45,692 nucleotides of DNA from a virus, in the IMG/VR virus record IMGVR_UViG_3300045988_039593, one strand, 5' to 3'. Position numbers and translations under genes: made by a program. This document shows, one piece after another, positions 18,559 to 27,393 of this stretch. Every line of letters begins with the position of its first letter. The stretch's first letter is position 1. Below the pieces are notes generated by a model. The model did not search any database. It saw only the letters and a list, made by a program, of their open reading frames with translations, and was not told where the DNA came from.

Positions 18559-19065
18559 TTAATCTTTGTTGTCTTTTGGTGGACGACCGGGGCGTTTCGC
18601 TTCCTGTGTGCCATCTTGTGTGCCATCTTGTGCGGCCTTTGCCTGTGCGCCATCCTGTGGAATTACGCCGGCGGCTTTCAACTCGGCCAACAATTCGGCC
18701 TTTGCCTGTTCCTTGATCGCGGCCAATTCGGCGGCTTTCTTGGCTTCGGCGGCTTCCTGTGCGGCCTTTGCCTGTGCGGCCTGTGCAGCGGCTACCTGTG
18801 CGGCGTGTTCCTGTGCAAATTTGTACGGGTCGTGCAAAATTTCAACCGTGTATCCCTGTTTACGCAATGAAGATTGCATAACGCTTTGCCATTCTTTCAT
18901 TCCGAATTTTTGAATACGTGGGGTTGAAATTCGTTTCCCTGTTTTCTGGTCGAATTGTCGAACCTCAATTTTTGCGTGTACCGTCAATTCCTCGCCTTGC
19001 GGTACAATGTAATTGTCGGCGGTAATTTCCAATACCGGCAAATCGCGTCCGTCTTTTGTTCTCAT
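18559..19065 (-). CDS. head-module protein with AQ-rich low-complexity region and C-terminal AT-hook-like tail
   Basis: 168 aa. AAQVAAAQAAQAKAAQEAAEAKKAAE is followed by the C-terminal RPGRPPKDNKD. Confidence 0.55.
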   Translation of the reverse strand: MRTKDGRDLPVLEITADNYIVPQGEELTVHAKIEVRQFDQKTGKRISTPRIQKFGMKEWQSVMQSSLRKQGYTVEILHDPYKFAQEHAAQVAAAQAAQAKAAQEAAEAKKAAELAAIKEQAKAELLAELKAAGVIPQDGAQAKAAQDGTQDGTQEAKRPGRPPKDNKD

Positions 19066-19085
19066 TTATTACGTTTTTTTAAGTG

Positions 19086-20822
19086 TTAAACCGATTGCGG
19101 GGTTTGCTCGGTGGCGTACCTCACAAATTCGGCCTTAATGTTTGCAATCTTTTTGTCGAATGGTATTGCGTTACCAAATTCAACAATGTTGGTGTTTTCG
19201 CGCTCAAACCTACGTACAAAGTTAGAAAAATTTAATTTTATACGTAATTCGGTTGCATCAATCAAACCTATCTTTTGCAAATCCATCAATTCCGCACGCG
19301 TTAAATGCGCGTATGGTTCCAATTCGGACAATATTTGCATTCTTTGTTGTGCGGTCGGGTCGTTCCTGTACTCAGTTTGAATGATTTGTTGTTGCAATGC
19401 GTCCAATTCCGTTTCGCTCGCGCCGGATTCTTTCGCCGTCTTGAACTTTTCGCGCAACTGATCGGCGGTTGACAAATAAAAGTCGGTTCCGTAATTGATA
19501 TATCCGGCAATGTAATAATTGCCATAACGCATACGGCAAACCACATCGTCAACCCACATTTGGGCGTTCTCAAAGCCTTTTTTAATCCTGTTAAGGATTG
19601 TGGATTGGCTTTCGAACGATGCCATAATTTGTTGTTCATTTAATGCTTCACGGTTGGTTATTTCCTCGTCTTGGCCGACAACGTTTGTAATGATTTCCGA
19701 ACGCAAACGTTCGCATTCCTCAACGTTGTAATCCAAACTATCACGATCAACCGTTAACATTTGAACGGGGTTGCGCAAATCGGGTTGGTTTTCCTCGGCG
19801 TTTGGCACCGGGATTTCCACGAATGAACCGGCACCGATAATGCGTTTGTTGCCACATTTAGGGCAACGGCACAACGCGCCGGCCATATCCAATTTGTAAT
19901 GGCCTTGTTTGTCTTTCAAAAATCCGCCGTCGCAATAATCGCCGTTTTCGGCATTTGAAAAATCGCAACTTTGTTCGTATCCCGAATAAATCGGGTATGC
20001 GCCGTGCAAATCCAAATGGCGTTTCGAAAGATGGAAAAACAAATACCAATCCAAACTTTCCAATTGACCAGACAACGGCGACACCTTGACGTCGGGTTCG
20101 TGCAAATCAATTGGTTCATCCCAAAAGAAACGTGCCGGGCAAAATCCCAATCCGTGTGGATGCTCATACAATGGCATTCCGTCAACCATTCCGGTTCTCT
20201 TTGGGTCGTTCCATACGCGGTAACTGAAATCATCAATAACAACGATTCGGTCACGATCGCGGAAAATAATATAACGCATAACGCCGGTTTCCGGGTTGGC
20301 GTCATAAGCAATCACGCGGTCAATGGTCAACCAATAAAAATAGGGTTCCGGGAATTGTGTTTTTTGTTCCTCGGCAACGTCAACAATTAGGATTGAATTT
20401 ATTTCGGTCTTGAAATATTCCCATCCTTTTGTTTGCCAAATGGTCGGTTCGTGCAATACGTTAAGCCTGTAATTTTCCCAATCGGCCGAATAATCGGTAT
20501 TGATGAATTGGAATTTTGATACAGGGTTGCGACCATCAAAAATGCGGCTTAATTTGTCAAAACAAATGCCCGTTACCTCGTTTGTCTTAACGGGGTAACG
20601 AAACAATGTTTTGAATAAAACGAATTTGTCGTGCGGCAACAGGTTTTCCACCCAATTCAAAAATTGGGTGGCTTGAGCGCAAACGCAAGGGGCGTTAAAC
20701 GTCGTAATGCGCTTTTCAACGTGAAATTTAAGCCTTTGTTGGTGCAATTTCGCCATTGTCAACGCTTGTGCGTTTCGACCCTCGGTTATTACCTTTTTTA
20801 TCCTGTTTAACTCTAATGGCAT
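19086..20822 (-). CDS. portal protein
   Basis: 578 aa, the largest head-module ORF after terL. The assignment is by position and size. The ATG at 20822 overlaps the upstream ORF by 95 nt; an alternative ATG lies at 20756. Confidence 0.75.
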   Translation of the reverse strand: MPLELNRIKKVITEGRNAQALTMAKLHQQRLKFHVEKRITTFNAPCVCAQATQFLNWVENLLPHDKFVLFKTLFRYPVKTNEVTGICFDKLSRIFDGRNPVSKFQFINTDYSADWENYRLNVLHEPTIWQTKGWEYFKTEINSILIVDVAEEQKTQFPEPYFYWLTIDRVIAYDANPETGVMRYIIFRDRDRIVVIDDFSYRVWNDPKRTGMVDGMPLYEHPHGLGFCPARFFWDEPIDLHEPDVKVSPLSGQLESLDWYLFFHLSKRHLDLHGAYPIYSGYEQSCDFSNAENGDYCDGGFLKDKQGHYKLDMAGALCRCPKCGNKRIIGAGSFVEIPVPNAEENQPDLRNPVQMLTVDRDSLDYNVEECERLRSEIITNVVGQDEEITNREALNEQQIMASFESQSTILNRIKKGFENAQMWVDDVVCRMRYGNYYIAGYINYGTDFYLSTADQLREKFKTAKESGASETELDALQQQIIQTEYRNDPTAQQRMQILSELEPYAHLTRAELMDLQKIGLIDATELRIKLNFSNFVRRFERENTNIVEFGNAIPFDKKIANIKAEFVRYATEQTPQSV

Positions 20823-20964
20823 TGTTTACAAATTCGTATTTAGAATTGTCGGGTATGTGCCACCCGGCTTTTGTCATTCTCAACAACCTTTCGGCGTGGG
20901 TAAATTCGAAATCTTGGGTAACGTCACCAACCGCCAACGTTACCGTTGTGGTTTTTCCGTTCAT
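20728..20964 (-). CDS. hypothetical protein (78 aa)
   Basis: ATG-started ORF. Its last ~30 codons overlap the portal N-terminus in another frame. Confidence 0.45.
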   Translation of the reverse strand: MNGKTTTVTLAVGDVTQDFEFTHAERLLRMTKAGWHIPDNSKYEFVNNAIRVKQDKKGNNRGSKRTSVDNGEIAPTKA

Positions 20965-20968
20965 ATCC

Positions 20969-21631
20969 TTACGAATTATCAGCGTTTACCAACGCGGTAA
21001 GCGGGTTAAATTCCGGCGTCACAATCGTAAGGTTGTCCGAATAATTTTCCGGATAATACCACGAAATCGGATTGTAATCCTTTGCATCATAATTGCCGTG
21101 GAGTTTGTCTCCGACGAACAACGCACGAATTGGAATTGGGTAATACGTTGTTGGTGTGGTTTCGTCTTGGATGGCTTCAATTGCTCCGTTCTCATCAAAC
21201 AGGAAAACGCCCAAATTGCCGGCGTTTGCTTCGCAGATCAATTGCTTCAAAGCCTTTGAGATCTTCTGAGGAATAGAACGCATATTTGCGGCAAATTGTA
21301 CAGGGTTTGCGCCCAACACATCGGGGATGCCGCCCAAATCATCGTTGCCGCCGCCGGTCATACGTACGTCGCCGCCGGAATCGGCCGGACTATACAAGAA
21401 AGGCGTAATAACCATTTTTGTTCCGTCGGTTGCGGACAACTTGGCTTCCCACGATGCAAGTTTTTCAATTTGACCGGCTTGTTCGGAAACCACGAAACTA
21501 TTTAGAACACCGTTTGCACCACGCAAGCGAATAAACGCCGCTTTTTGAATTTGTCCGAATGATTGTGCGCACCCCATATTAGGCACGTCGGGAATTGCGG
21601 CCGCCGCCGGACATTGACAAGTAATTGACAT
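20969..21631 (-). CDS. hypothetical virion protein (220 aa; possible displaced tail tube/major tail protein)
   Basis: Stand-alone gene between terL and portal, preceded by a 181-nt spacer with a promoter-like element. No motif recognised. Confidence 0.5.
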   Translation of the reverse strand: MSITCQCPAAAAIPDVPNMGCAQSFGQIQKAAFIRLRGANGVLNSFVVSEQAGQIEKLASWEAKLSATDGTKMVITPFLYSPADSGGDVRMTGGGNDDLGGIPDVLGANPVQFAANMRSIPQKISKALKQLICEANAGNLGVFLFDENGAIEAIQDETTPTTYYPIPIRALFVGDKLHGNYDAKDYNPISWYYPENYSDNLTIVTPEFNPLTALVNADNS

Positions 21632-21717
21632 AATGTTTTAACGTTAAAAAATGTTAATAATAATTGTTTTTGCGGCTTACCCTTTGCCGTATCTTTTACA
21701 AATGTAGTTAATTTTTC

Positions 21718-21768
21718 TAAAAGTAGCATATTTGGGCGTTAAATGCAAAATCCGGTAAATTATACGTC
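21718..21768 (-). promoter_or_regulatory. Promoter-like element (TTTG-N20-TACTTTTA plus upstream GACGTATAATTTA)
   Basis: -7-like box at 21718-21725, TTTG at 21746-21749, TAAATTATACGTC at 21756-21768. Aligns over ~60 nt with 12268..12318. Confidence 0.55.
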
Positions 21769-21812
21769 TTTTGTCTAAAAGCCCCGGAAATCGCCCAAAA
21801 ACGGGCAAATCC

Positions 21813-23336
21813 TCAATGAACACGTACACCTCGGTTGGCGTGTCCGTATGGCATTATGTTCCCGTCGGCAATTTCCTTTTCGTATATGCCCGTTAACATA
21901 TCCGGCGCGTCGTCATGTTCATTCGCTTCGAACTTGCGCAAAAACTCGGTTACGGCCTTATAGAATTTCTCATATCGGGTTTCCCACCCAAACGGCATTA
22001 TGACACATTGGTTGACAAATGGCGCATTTGTAACAATGCGTGATTCCTTATTGGCCGATTGATAGAATGGAACCGATATTGCGCGAATCTTGCGTTTAAT
22101 CGTCTTTTCAAATTGCGAACCGCCGTTATTGGATTCAACCCATACTTTTTCCGTTCCCTGTTCATTGATCATACGCGGCACCGTTACCGTTGTAACGTCG
22201 GTGTTTTCGTCGGTGTATTCAACGCCGGTAATCAAAGCGTACAACAGGGGTTCCCAACGTTTTTTGTTTTCGTTCCATACCTGTTCCGGGCTTTTGTAAA
22301 TATCGTACGTTGCACCGGCCAAATTGTCGTCGCCCTCGTCGGCAACGTCGATATAACACCCCTTGCGCACCAACGTTCCCCAATCCGATTTTTCAACCCA
22401 CGTTTTGAACGGCTGATACAGGCGGCCGGCGGCATCGCCGGGGTTACCTTGATACAGGCATTGAAAACCCATAGGGTCAATCTTGCGCATTGATTCCAAA
22501 CGTTCGACGGAATGCCGCGATTCCCACAGGGCAACGCCCTTTTCGCGTGGGTCAATTTCCGTTGGGTTGCCTGTCTTGATCGCTTCAAAGTTTACCAACA
22601 CCCACGAGCCTTTCGGTATGTTCTCAAAATCCGCCCAACGTTCAACAACGATTACTTTTTGTGTTTCAATAATCTTTCCGATTATATCTTCCGGGTGCCA
22701 TCGGGTAAATACAATCAATTGTTGTGATTCGTTGTGTAAACGCGTATATGCAACCTTTGTGTACCAATCCCACGCGGATGCACGAATTACGGGCGAATTG
22801 GCTTCCTGTGAATCTTTATACAGGTCGTCAAATATCATTACGTCGGCGGTTTTCGACGTAAGCGAACCGCCACGACCAACAACACGAAATTCGCCGGTAT
22901 GGCCAACAATTTGAAACACGTCGGAATTGCGCAAACTATTCGCGGCAACGGTTACGACGTTTGAACCATTTAACGTTGTTTCCGGATATACGGCATTGTA
23001 TGCCGGCGTGTCGACGATCTTCTGCACGTCTCGGTTGAAATCCTTTGCGATCGTGGCGGCATACGAACAAAGTATTATTTTTTTGTCCGGAAACATTCCC
23101 AACATTTTAGCCGGCAAATTGCGGCTTGAACCCTCGGATTTGCCGTGTTGCGGCGGTGCCTGTATGATAAGGTTTTGTATTTGGCCATTGGCGAACATAT
23201 CCAATATGCGGTAATACGTGGTATGGAACGGCGTTGGCTTAAACTTTGGGTTCATATATTCAGCGAACCACAACAATTTACGGCGTGCGCCCTCAATCTT
23301 GAAATCCTGTGCAGTTATGTTGTTCATTGCGTCCAT
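21813..23336 (-). CDS. terL: terminase large subunit
   Basis: 507 aa with a Walker A-like QAPPQHGKSE, a Walker B-like VMIFDDLYKD and a C-terminal nuclease-like half. Confidence 0.92.
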   Translation of the reverse strand: MDAMNNITAQDFKIEGARRKLLWFAEYMNPKFKPTPFHTTYYRILDMFANGQIQNLIIQAPPQHGKSEGSSRNLPAKMLGMFPDKKIILCSYAATIAKDFNRDVQKIVDTPAYNAVYPETTLNGSNVVTVAANSLRNSDVFQIVGHTGEFRVVGRGGSLTSKTADVMIFDDLYKDSQEANSPVIRASAWDWYTKVAYTRLHNESQQLIVFTRWHPEDIIGKIIETQKVIVVERWADFENIPKGSWVLVNFEAIKTGNPTEIDPREKGVALWESRHSVERLESMRKIDPMGFQCLYQGNPGDAAGRLYQPFKTWVEKSDWGTLVRKGCYIDVADEGDDNLAGATYDIYKSPEQVWNENKKRWEPLLYALITGVEYTDENTDVTTVTVPRMINEQGTEKVWVESNNGGSQFEKTIKRKIRAISVPFYQSANKESRIVTNAPFVNQCVIMPFGWETRYEKFYKAVTEFLRKFEANEHDDAPDMLTGIYEKEIADGNIMPYGHANRGVRVH

Positions 23337-23474
23337 CTAACTTTTCGTTAATGTTGCTTTCGTAAATTCCGGGTATCGTACATTCAAACAAGCAATCAAA
23401 TATTCCACAACTTGTTTGTAATCGTCTTTAGGCAACACGCACCCCAAACGAATTATTATTATATCTTCATCCAT
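23337..23474 (-). CDS. small hypothetical protein (45 aa)
   Basis: Not in the ORF track. Its ATG overlaps the GNAT stop (TAATG) and its TAG abuts the terL ATG. Sequence: MDEDIIIIRLGCVLPKDDYKQVVEYLIACLNVRYPEFTKATLTKS. Confidence 0.35.
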   Translation of the reverse strand: MDEDIIIIRLGCVLPKDDYKQVVEYLIACLNVRYPEFTKATLTKS

Positions 23475-24001
23475 TACAATTCCTTTCGCAATTCAATATA
23501 TCCATCTATTTGGTAATCTAACGGGCCATTGTGCCATTCTACATATCCATTACGTTTATACCATTGTTCCACCCACGAACCGCGAATAGCGCGTAATACG
23601 GCATAACGTCGTTTGAACGTATGTATTATTTCCCATTCGGCGGTATTCAACAGGTATTGGCCGCGCCCTTGCTTTTGCGCCGTTTCGTGTACAAACAAAT
23701 CATGAATAAAACCAAAATCCCATTAGGGTTCCGCGCATACGCCAATGGTTCCCAATCCATCATTCCAAATATGGACAATATCGGTACCCCACGGCCATTC
23801 ATTATTGTATCGTATCGTTTCCATTACTCAACGTCTTTTCTTGTACGTATTGTTCATTGCGAAATAACCCCATATTCGTTTGAAATCATCCCATTTACGG
23901 CACCAAAGAACACAACCGACGCCGATTTTATACAGGCCAAAACCAACAACAATTTTGCGTTCGTATTTGCTATACTCAATTGTTATGTATGGTATTTTCA
24001 T
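23474..24001 (-). pseudogene. GNAT-family N-acetyltransferase frame interrupted by two in-frame stops (TGA 23828-23830, TAA 23723-23725)
   Basis: A single 175-codon frame starts at an ATG overlapping the terS stop. GNAT motif A (FGFIHDLFVHETAQKQGRGQYLL) begins one codon after the TAA. Only the last 74 codons appear in the ORF track. Confidence 0.7.
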
Positions 24002-24522
24002 TATTCGGTTCCGTTAATCGTGTTTAACACTTTTTCCAACAGGTCGTCCGGAATGGCGGACAAATCCGGTTTGTTGGTATTCTCGGCCTTTACATTGGCC
24101 GTAATATCGGTGGTTTGCCTGTTCTTCCAATTTTCCGGATCGCGGTTGGTCAACGCAAAGATAATCGCCGTTGGATTCGGCGCAACCATTCGCGTTATCC
24201 GCTTTTGTTTCTTGATTTGCGGGTTGCCGTCTTTATCTTTTTCATATTCCGTTGTGACCTCGTCATACTCATATCCGGTAATTAGTTTCTTTAAGGACAT
24301 TTTGCAATCGCGTACCAATCCGATATTGTACCAATCGTTATATTCCTTTTCGGCCTTTTTAAGCGCTTGCGCAAATTCCGGATTATTCGCCCGCCAACGC
24401 ATAAATGTATCATCGGAAATACCACCACGTTTACAAGCGGTTTGGATTGTTTCGCCGTCCGCAATCGCCCGACATATCGCCGTTACCCTTTCGGGCGTAT
24501 ATTTCGGTTTTCTTCCTTTCAT
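24001..24522 (-). CDS. terS: terminase small subunit
   Basis: 173 aa with the N-terminal HTH GETIQTACKRGGISDDTFMRWRANNPEF, located upstream of terL. Confidence 0.8.
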   Translation of the reverse strand: MKGRKPKYTPERVTAICRAIADGETIQTACKRGGISDDTFMRWRANNPEFAQALKKAEKEYNDWYNIGLVRDCKMSLKKLITGYEYDEVTTEYEKDKDGNPQIKKQKRITRMVAPNPTAIIFALTNRDPENWKNRQTTDITANVKAENTNKPDLSAIPDDLLEKVLNTINGTE

Positions 24523-24537
24523 AATGCTTAATTTTTA

Positions 24538-25686
24538 TTATTCAATTTTAACAGCCTTTAAGCCTGTGTATTTTTCCCATCGGTCAATTATAACATCGCA
24601 ATAATGCGGGTCATATTCCATTGTGTAACATTGTTTTTGTAATTGCTCGCACGCAATAAGGGTTGAACCGGAACCACCAAACGCGTCCAATATCTTATTT
24701 GCGTCTGCAATAAAGTCCAAAACATCTGCCAATAGTTGTATTGGCTTTTGGTGCGGATGCGGACTATCTACCCGCGCATTATGTTCCCTTGAAATTGTAA
24801 ATACATTTCCACCAAATTTTGCATATTTAATGTTACCACAAAAAATAATTGCTTCCCATTGTTCAGAGATTCCGCCACCTCCATTCAAACCCACATTTTT
24901 CTTATCCCATACGCCAACGGTATTTATTTTTAATCCTTTACCTTTTACAATTTCAAAACTTTCAACAATTGTTCGCCATTGTAGAAAATATATCAATTTA
25001 TCACACGGCATTATGTTAATAAACTTTTGAAATACCGATATATCTTCATCCCCCAAAATAGTTCTAATACCCAATCGGCCACGTCCATATTTTCCACTGG
25101 TTCCATTACCATACGGCGGGTCGGTAAATACCAAATCTATTGTTGCTCCCCCAATCAGTTTTTCAATATCTAATTGGTTAGTTGAATCGCCGCATAACAA
25201 ACGATGTTTACCCAATTGCCACAATTCGCCCAATTTGCAACGTGCTTTAACTTTTTTCCCCGAATCAAAATCATCTTCGACCACCTGTTTGGTTTCCTTT
25301 TTTTGCTTTTCCCAACTTGGCAATTCAACCCCCCAACCCTGCAATTTCTTTTTATCCCATTGCGCCAATTTCTTTTCATCCCAAACGCCGGTATGCGTGT
25401 TGTCCTCAAACAAAATACGCGTTTCTTCATCCTCAGTCAAACCCTCAATCAAAATCGTTGGTGCAGATTCCCACCCAAGATACGCGGCCGATTCCCAACG
25501 ACGTTCGCCACCGATAATCACTAATTCACCCGTTCTATTACTCAAAAGAATTGGCCGCGCTTCAAAATGTTTCGGATTCGTTCTTATCTTTTCTGCAAAT
25601 TCCGCAATGGAATTTTCTTCTTTTACTTTTCTTGGGTTATCCGGGTGCGGTTTTAGATCAACCAATTTTCTATAAACTATTTCCAT
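24538..25686 (-). CDS. ParB-like nuclease domain / N6-adenine or N4-cytosine DNA methyltransferase fusion
   Basis: ParB-N motifs LKPHPDNPRK and IIGGERRW. MTase motif IV is VFTDPPYG and motif I is AFGGSGSTLIA. The ORF-track start at 25704 is TTG, so the gene is trimmed to the ATG at 25686. Confidence 0.88.
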   Translation of the reverse strand: MEIVYRKLVDLKPHPDNPRKVKEENSIAEFAEKIRTNPKHFEARPILLSNRTGELVIIGGERRWESAAYLGWESAPTILIEGLTEDEETRILFEDNTHTGVWDEKKLAQWDKKKLQGWGVELPSWEKQKKETKQVVEDDFDSGKKVKARCKLGELWQLGKHRLLCGDSTNQLDIEKLIGGATIDLVFTDPPYGNGTSGKYGRGRLGIRTILGDEDISVFQKFINIMPCDKLIYFLQWRTIVESFEIVKGKGLKINTVGVWDKKNVGLNGGGGISEQWEAIIFCGNIKYAKFGGNVFTISREHNARVDSPHPHQKPIQLLADVLDFIADANKILDAFGGSGSTLIACEQLQKQCYTMEYDPHYCDVIIDRWEKYTGLKAVKIE

Positions 25687-25911
25687 ATTGTACGCATTTT
25701 TCAATTCTCATTTACGACAAATCCGGGGCGTTAATCCGTCCCGGTTTGTTCGGTTGTTATTGTGTCAGTTTTGCATCGGCCAATTCTTTTAATCTTGAAT
25801 GGGAAATACACGCGGGGTCATCTTTGCTTGCGGGGTTTCCCGTCATTTGGCAAACCATTTCCCCAATTATACCCATTCGTCGTTCATAACAGGTTCCGCA
25901 ACGCAACGCGT

Positions 25912-26478
25912 TTAATTCTTCGGTTCCCATTCCTTTTTGAATTTATCCGCCGGCCATATTTCGAAATGGCTTGCATTTTCGCGCTTGACTATGTACGAAT
26001 ATTCCGGCACATCAACGAATGTTCCGTTGTTGAGGAAAGAAAACCACGCTTTGCCATCGGGGCGCCGTTCAATTGTCATTTGTCCGCCGCCAACGAATTG
26101 TTGCAATCGCTCATTATTTTTTCGCGTTACCTGTACGGCGCGTATTTCTTCCAATTGGTGGCAATATACGGTTCCGAAATCCGGGCGCGGGTTTCCTGTT
26201 TCCAAATCCCCGTCCAAAATTGGCAATTCCTGTTCGTCGTACGCTATCGTGAATTTCAGCATTTCGCGTTCGGGGTTGTCGTTTACCTCAATGAAGCGTT
26301 CGCCGAAACGGCCGCGTACCGCGTCAATAATTGCTCTTATATAATTCGGGGTGTTGTGCTTATTGTAAAACACGTGGATTGTATAATATTTGTTCAATTC
26401 AGTTGCGACAACTTCACGTTCCGTAAGGGATTCAAGCATTACACACGCTTCGTAGTCAAATGGTGTTAATCTTTGCAT
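25912..26478 (-). CDS. hypothetical protein (188 aa)
   Basis: ORF 25912..26538 trimmed to the ATG at 26478 (MQRLTPFDYE). Confidence 0.6.
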   Translation of the reverse strand: MQRLTPFDYEACVMLESLTEREVVATELNKYYTIHVFYNKHNTPNYIRAIIDAVRGRFGERFIEVNDNPEREMLKFTIAYDEQELPILDGDLETGNPRPDFGTVYCHQLEEIRAVQVTRKNNERLQQFVGGGQMTIERRPDGKAWFSFLNNGTFVDVPEYSYIVKRENASHFEIWPADKFKKEWEPKN

Positions 26479-26834
26479 AATCTTTCGCGGTTTATAATTA
26501 CAAAGCGGATTCCGACACCAAAACAGGCAATGCGGCATTCAATATCCAAATATTTGTCGCCGGTCTTTGGTGTTATCGCGTCAATTGATACTCCCAATTG
26601 GAACGAATGAAATCGCCAATATTCACGGGCAAACAAGAATATGCCAAAATACTTTCTATGGATTCCGCAATAAACGGCGTGCGCATCCGGGATTCTTGTT
26701 AATTGTTCCATTTCGTATGTTTCGCCGGTCTTTATATCGACGTATTGCAAACGATCGTTTGGTATGGCTTTTATTTTCTTTCCGAAATTCGGGTGCCTTT
26801 CATCAACAACCCGGTATTTATTCACTTTTTCCAT
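26466..26834 (-). CDS. hypothetical protein (122 aa)
   Basis: ATG-started ORF overlapping both neighbours by a few codons. Confidence 0.55.
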   Translation of the reverse strand: MEKVNKYRVVDERHPNFGKKIKAIPNDRLQYVDIKTGETYEMEQLTRIPDAHAVYCGIHRKYFGIFLFAREYWRFHSFQLGVSIDAITPKTGDKYLDIECRIACFGVGIRFVIINRERLCKD

Positions 26835-27336
26835 TCTTGATTTTCGATTTGATTATTTGCCAACTTTCTTTATCAACGTGGCACGCCGTCGGGTAAACGG
26901 TTATATCGTCTTTCGGACAAACCAAATTGTATATTCCCAATTGTCCCTTTATCGGCATTTCAACCACGCGGCGCGGATTCCTTACGAACCATCCGTAACC
27001 CTTTTTTGGCCTTTGCTCAACAGGAATACACGTATTTTGCCAATCTTGTTCCGTGAACGTTTCAATTGGCCGCACGTCGTAAACCTCAACAATTCCCAAA
27101 GTAACGCCGGATTCCATACCGGGTATTACAGGTGTTGCGGACGAACAAACCAACAAATCGCCACGGTAATTGGTCGCCCGGCTTCGTACCTCAATGGATT
27201 TTTCGCCATAAACGGTTCCGTCGTCGTCCACGTATGCCGCCGTTACCAAATGTTGGGCGTACGGTTGGCGAACGGTCAACGCGTGCCATTTATCGTGCAA
27301 ATTCGGGTTGTATTCGCTATTCTTGTATTGCATCAT
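26818..27336 (-). CDS. ASCH (PUA-like) domain protein
   Basis: LTVRQPYAQHLV...GEKSIEVRSR...GDLLVC matches the ASCH pattern. Confidence 0.65.
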   Translation of the reverse strand: MMQYKNSEYNPNLHDKWHALTVRQPYAQHLVTAAYVDDDGTVYGEKSIEVRSRATNYRGDLLVCSSATPVIPGMESGVTLGIVEVYDVRPIETFTEQDWQNTCIPVEQRPKKGYGWFVRNPRRVVEMPIKGQLGIYNLVCPKDDITVYPTACHVDKESWQIIKSKIKNGKSE

Positions 27337-27350
27337 TCTTTTGTTTTAAT

Positions 27351-27373
27351 GTCCGGGGTTTTAAGCCCCGGAC
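27351..27373 (-). other. GC hairpin in the SSB-ASCH spacer
   Basis: GTCCGGGG-ttttaag-CCCCGGAC. No clear U-tract on the coding strand. Confidence 0.35.
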
Positions 27374-27393
27374 AAAGTTAATAAATTTTAGAA

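Noticed and set aside
20780-20800. The GATAAAAAAGGT run read as a programmed frameshift site fusing the 78-aa ORF to the portal.
   Set aside because: The portal frame is +1 (not -1) relative to the 78-aa frame. The A-run is not a proper X XXY YYZ heptamer in the zero frame. No downstream structure was seen.
23723-23830. Stop-codon reassignment (as in some Bacteroidota phages) as the explanation for the in-frame TGA and TAA in the GNAT frame.
   Set aside because: TAA, TAG (e.g. 1394-1396) and TGA (e.g. 6159-6161, 27956-27958) all end otherwise well-bounded genes in this genome. Two different stop codons are involved. Both encoded tRNAs have sense anticodons (CAA, UUG). Pseudogenisation is simpler.
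23621-24604. 327-aa + strand ORF, the longest + strand ORF in the window. Other long + strand ORFs include 10818..11543, 25762..26469, 17309..18031 and 12532..13137.
   Set aside because: Each lies entirely antisense to a - strand gene with clear motifs (terS/GNAT, tape measure, scaffold and others). Their translations are low-complexity or Cys/Phe/Arg-rich junk without start context, so they are shadow ORFs.
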